In this document: positions 63,384 through 64,000 of the stretch, in pieces
Layout: every line of letters starts with the position of its first letter
Numbering within the stretch: position 1 is the first letter of the stretch
Assembly (NCBI GenBank): GCA_002269645.1
Contig: NIVC01002684.1
Span: 47,674 to 111,673, forward strand
Direction: 5' to 3'
DNA length: 64,000 nucleotides
From: Macrostomum lignano
Lineage: Eukaryota
Position numbers and translations under genes: made by a program
Notes under the pieces: generated by a model
What the model was told of the DNA's origin: nothing
Databases searched by the model: none
Seen by the model: the letters and a program-made list of their open reading frames with translations, nothing else

Positions 63384-63546
63384 ACGGCCGCGGCCACCCT
63401 GTTCGACAGCATCATGCTGCTGCTGGCCAGCGGACTCAACCAGCTCACCACCTCGCAGGTGGTTCGGCGCGCAGCGGTTGTCATGCCAGGCGCCGCGACA
63501 GGAGATGTGGACTGCCGGGCCCAGCCTGCTGAACTTCATGAGATCC
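63384..63546 (+). CDS. iGluR exon 7 (one apparent indel); the gene continues beyond the window
   Basis: TAAATLFDSIMLLLASGL / RLSCQAPRQEMWTAGPSLLNFMRS|gtgagg; 163 nt between phase-0 sites. Confidence 0.65.
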
Positions 63547-63589
63547 GTGAGGCTGGAGCTTTGATGGAGGGGTGATGGTGAAACAGATG

Positions 63590-64000
63590 GTGTGTGCTGT
63601 GCTGTGTGTTTATGGATGACTCAAATGGGTGCTGCGTGTTTATTTGCGACTCAAATGGGTGCTGCGTGTTTATGGATGACTCAAATGGGTGCTGCGTGTT
63701 TATTTGCGACTCAAATGGGTGCTGCGTGTTTATGGATGACTCAAAGGTGTGCTGTGTGTTTATTTGCGACTTAAATGGGTGCTGTGCGTTTATTTGCGAC
63801 TCAAATGGTGCTGCGTGTTTAAGGATGACTCAAATGGGTGCTGCGTGTTTAAGGATGACTCAAATGGGTGCTGCGTGTTTATTTGCGACTCAAATGGTGC
63901 TGCGTGTTTATTTGCGACTCAAATGGTGCTGCGTGTTTATGGATGACTCAAATGGGTGCTGCATGTTTATTGATATTGATGACTCAAATGGGTGCTACGT
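63590..64000. repeat. ~30-bp minisatellite (gactcaaatgggtgctgcgtgtttat...), iGluR intron 7
   Basis: Directly visible. Confidence 0.92.

Overview
Eukaryotic (animal) genomic DNA with GC-rich spliced exons separated by introns and intergenic stretches packed with many different micro/minisatellites. This architecture plus the receptor types suggest a free-living flatworm such as Macrostomum (inference only). Genes reconstructed by hand: NDUFB4 (+, 2 exons); two divergent orphan peptide-type class A GPCRs (- and +, 2 exons each); an InaF-motif small membrane protein; an unassigned secreted Cys-rich protein; ARP2/ACTR2 (-, 4 exons, 395 aa); a Gly/Asn-Met-rich 206-aa ORF; a candidate 42-aa membrane micropeptide; and the 5' part of a kainate-like iGluR (+, 7 exons, several indels). 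Mobile DNA: a full-length D,D34D mariner with one 5' frameshift, a mariner relic, three CORE-type tRNA-derived SINE copies, and hAT-like and Tc1/mariner-like MITEs. Most ORF-track entries are repeat or antisense artefacts. Main highlights: (1) a SINE copy near 1.2 kb with near-unidirectional C>T/G>A hypermutation that includes non-CpG (CpA) sites, RIP-like, together with a CpG desert and a CpG-decayed mariner upstream of ARP2; (2) mutually reverse-complementary minisatellites bracketing iGluR exons 4-5.
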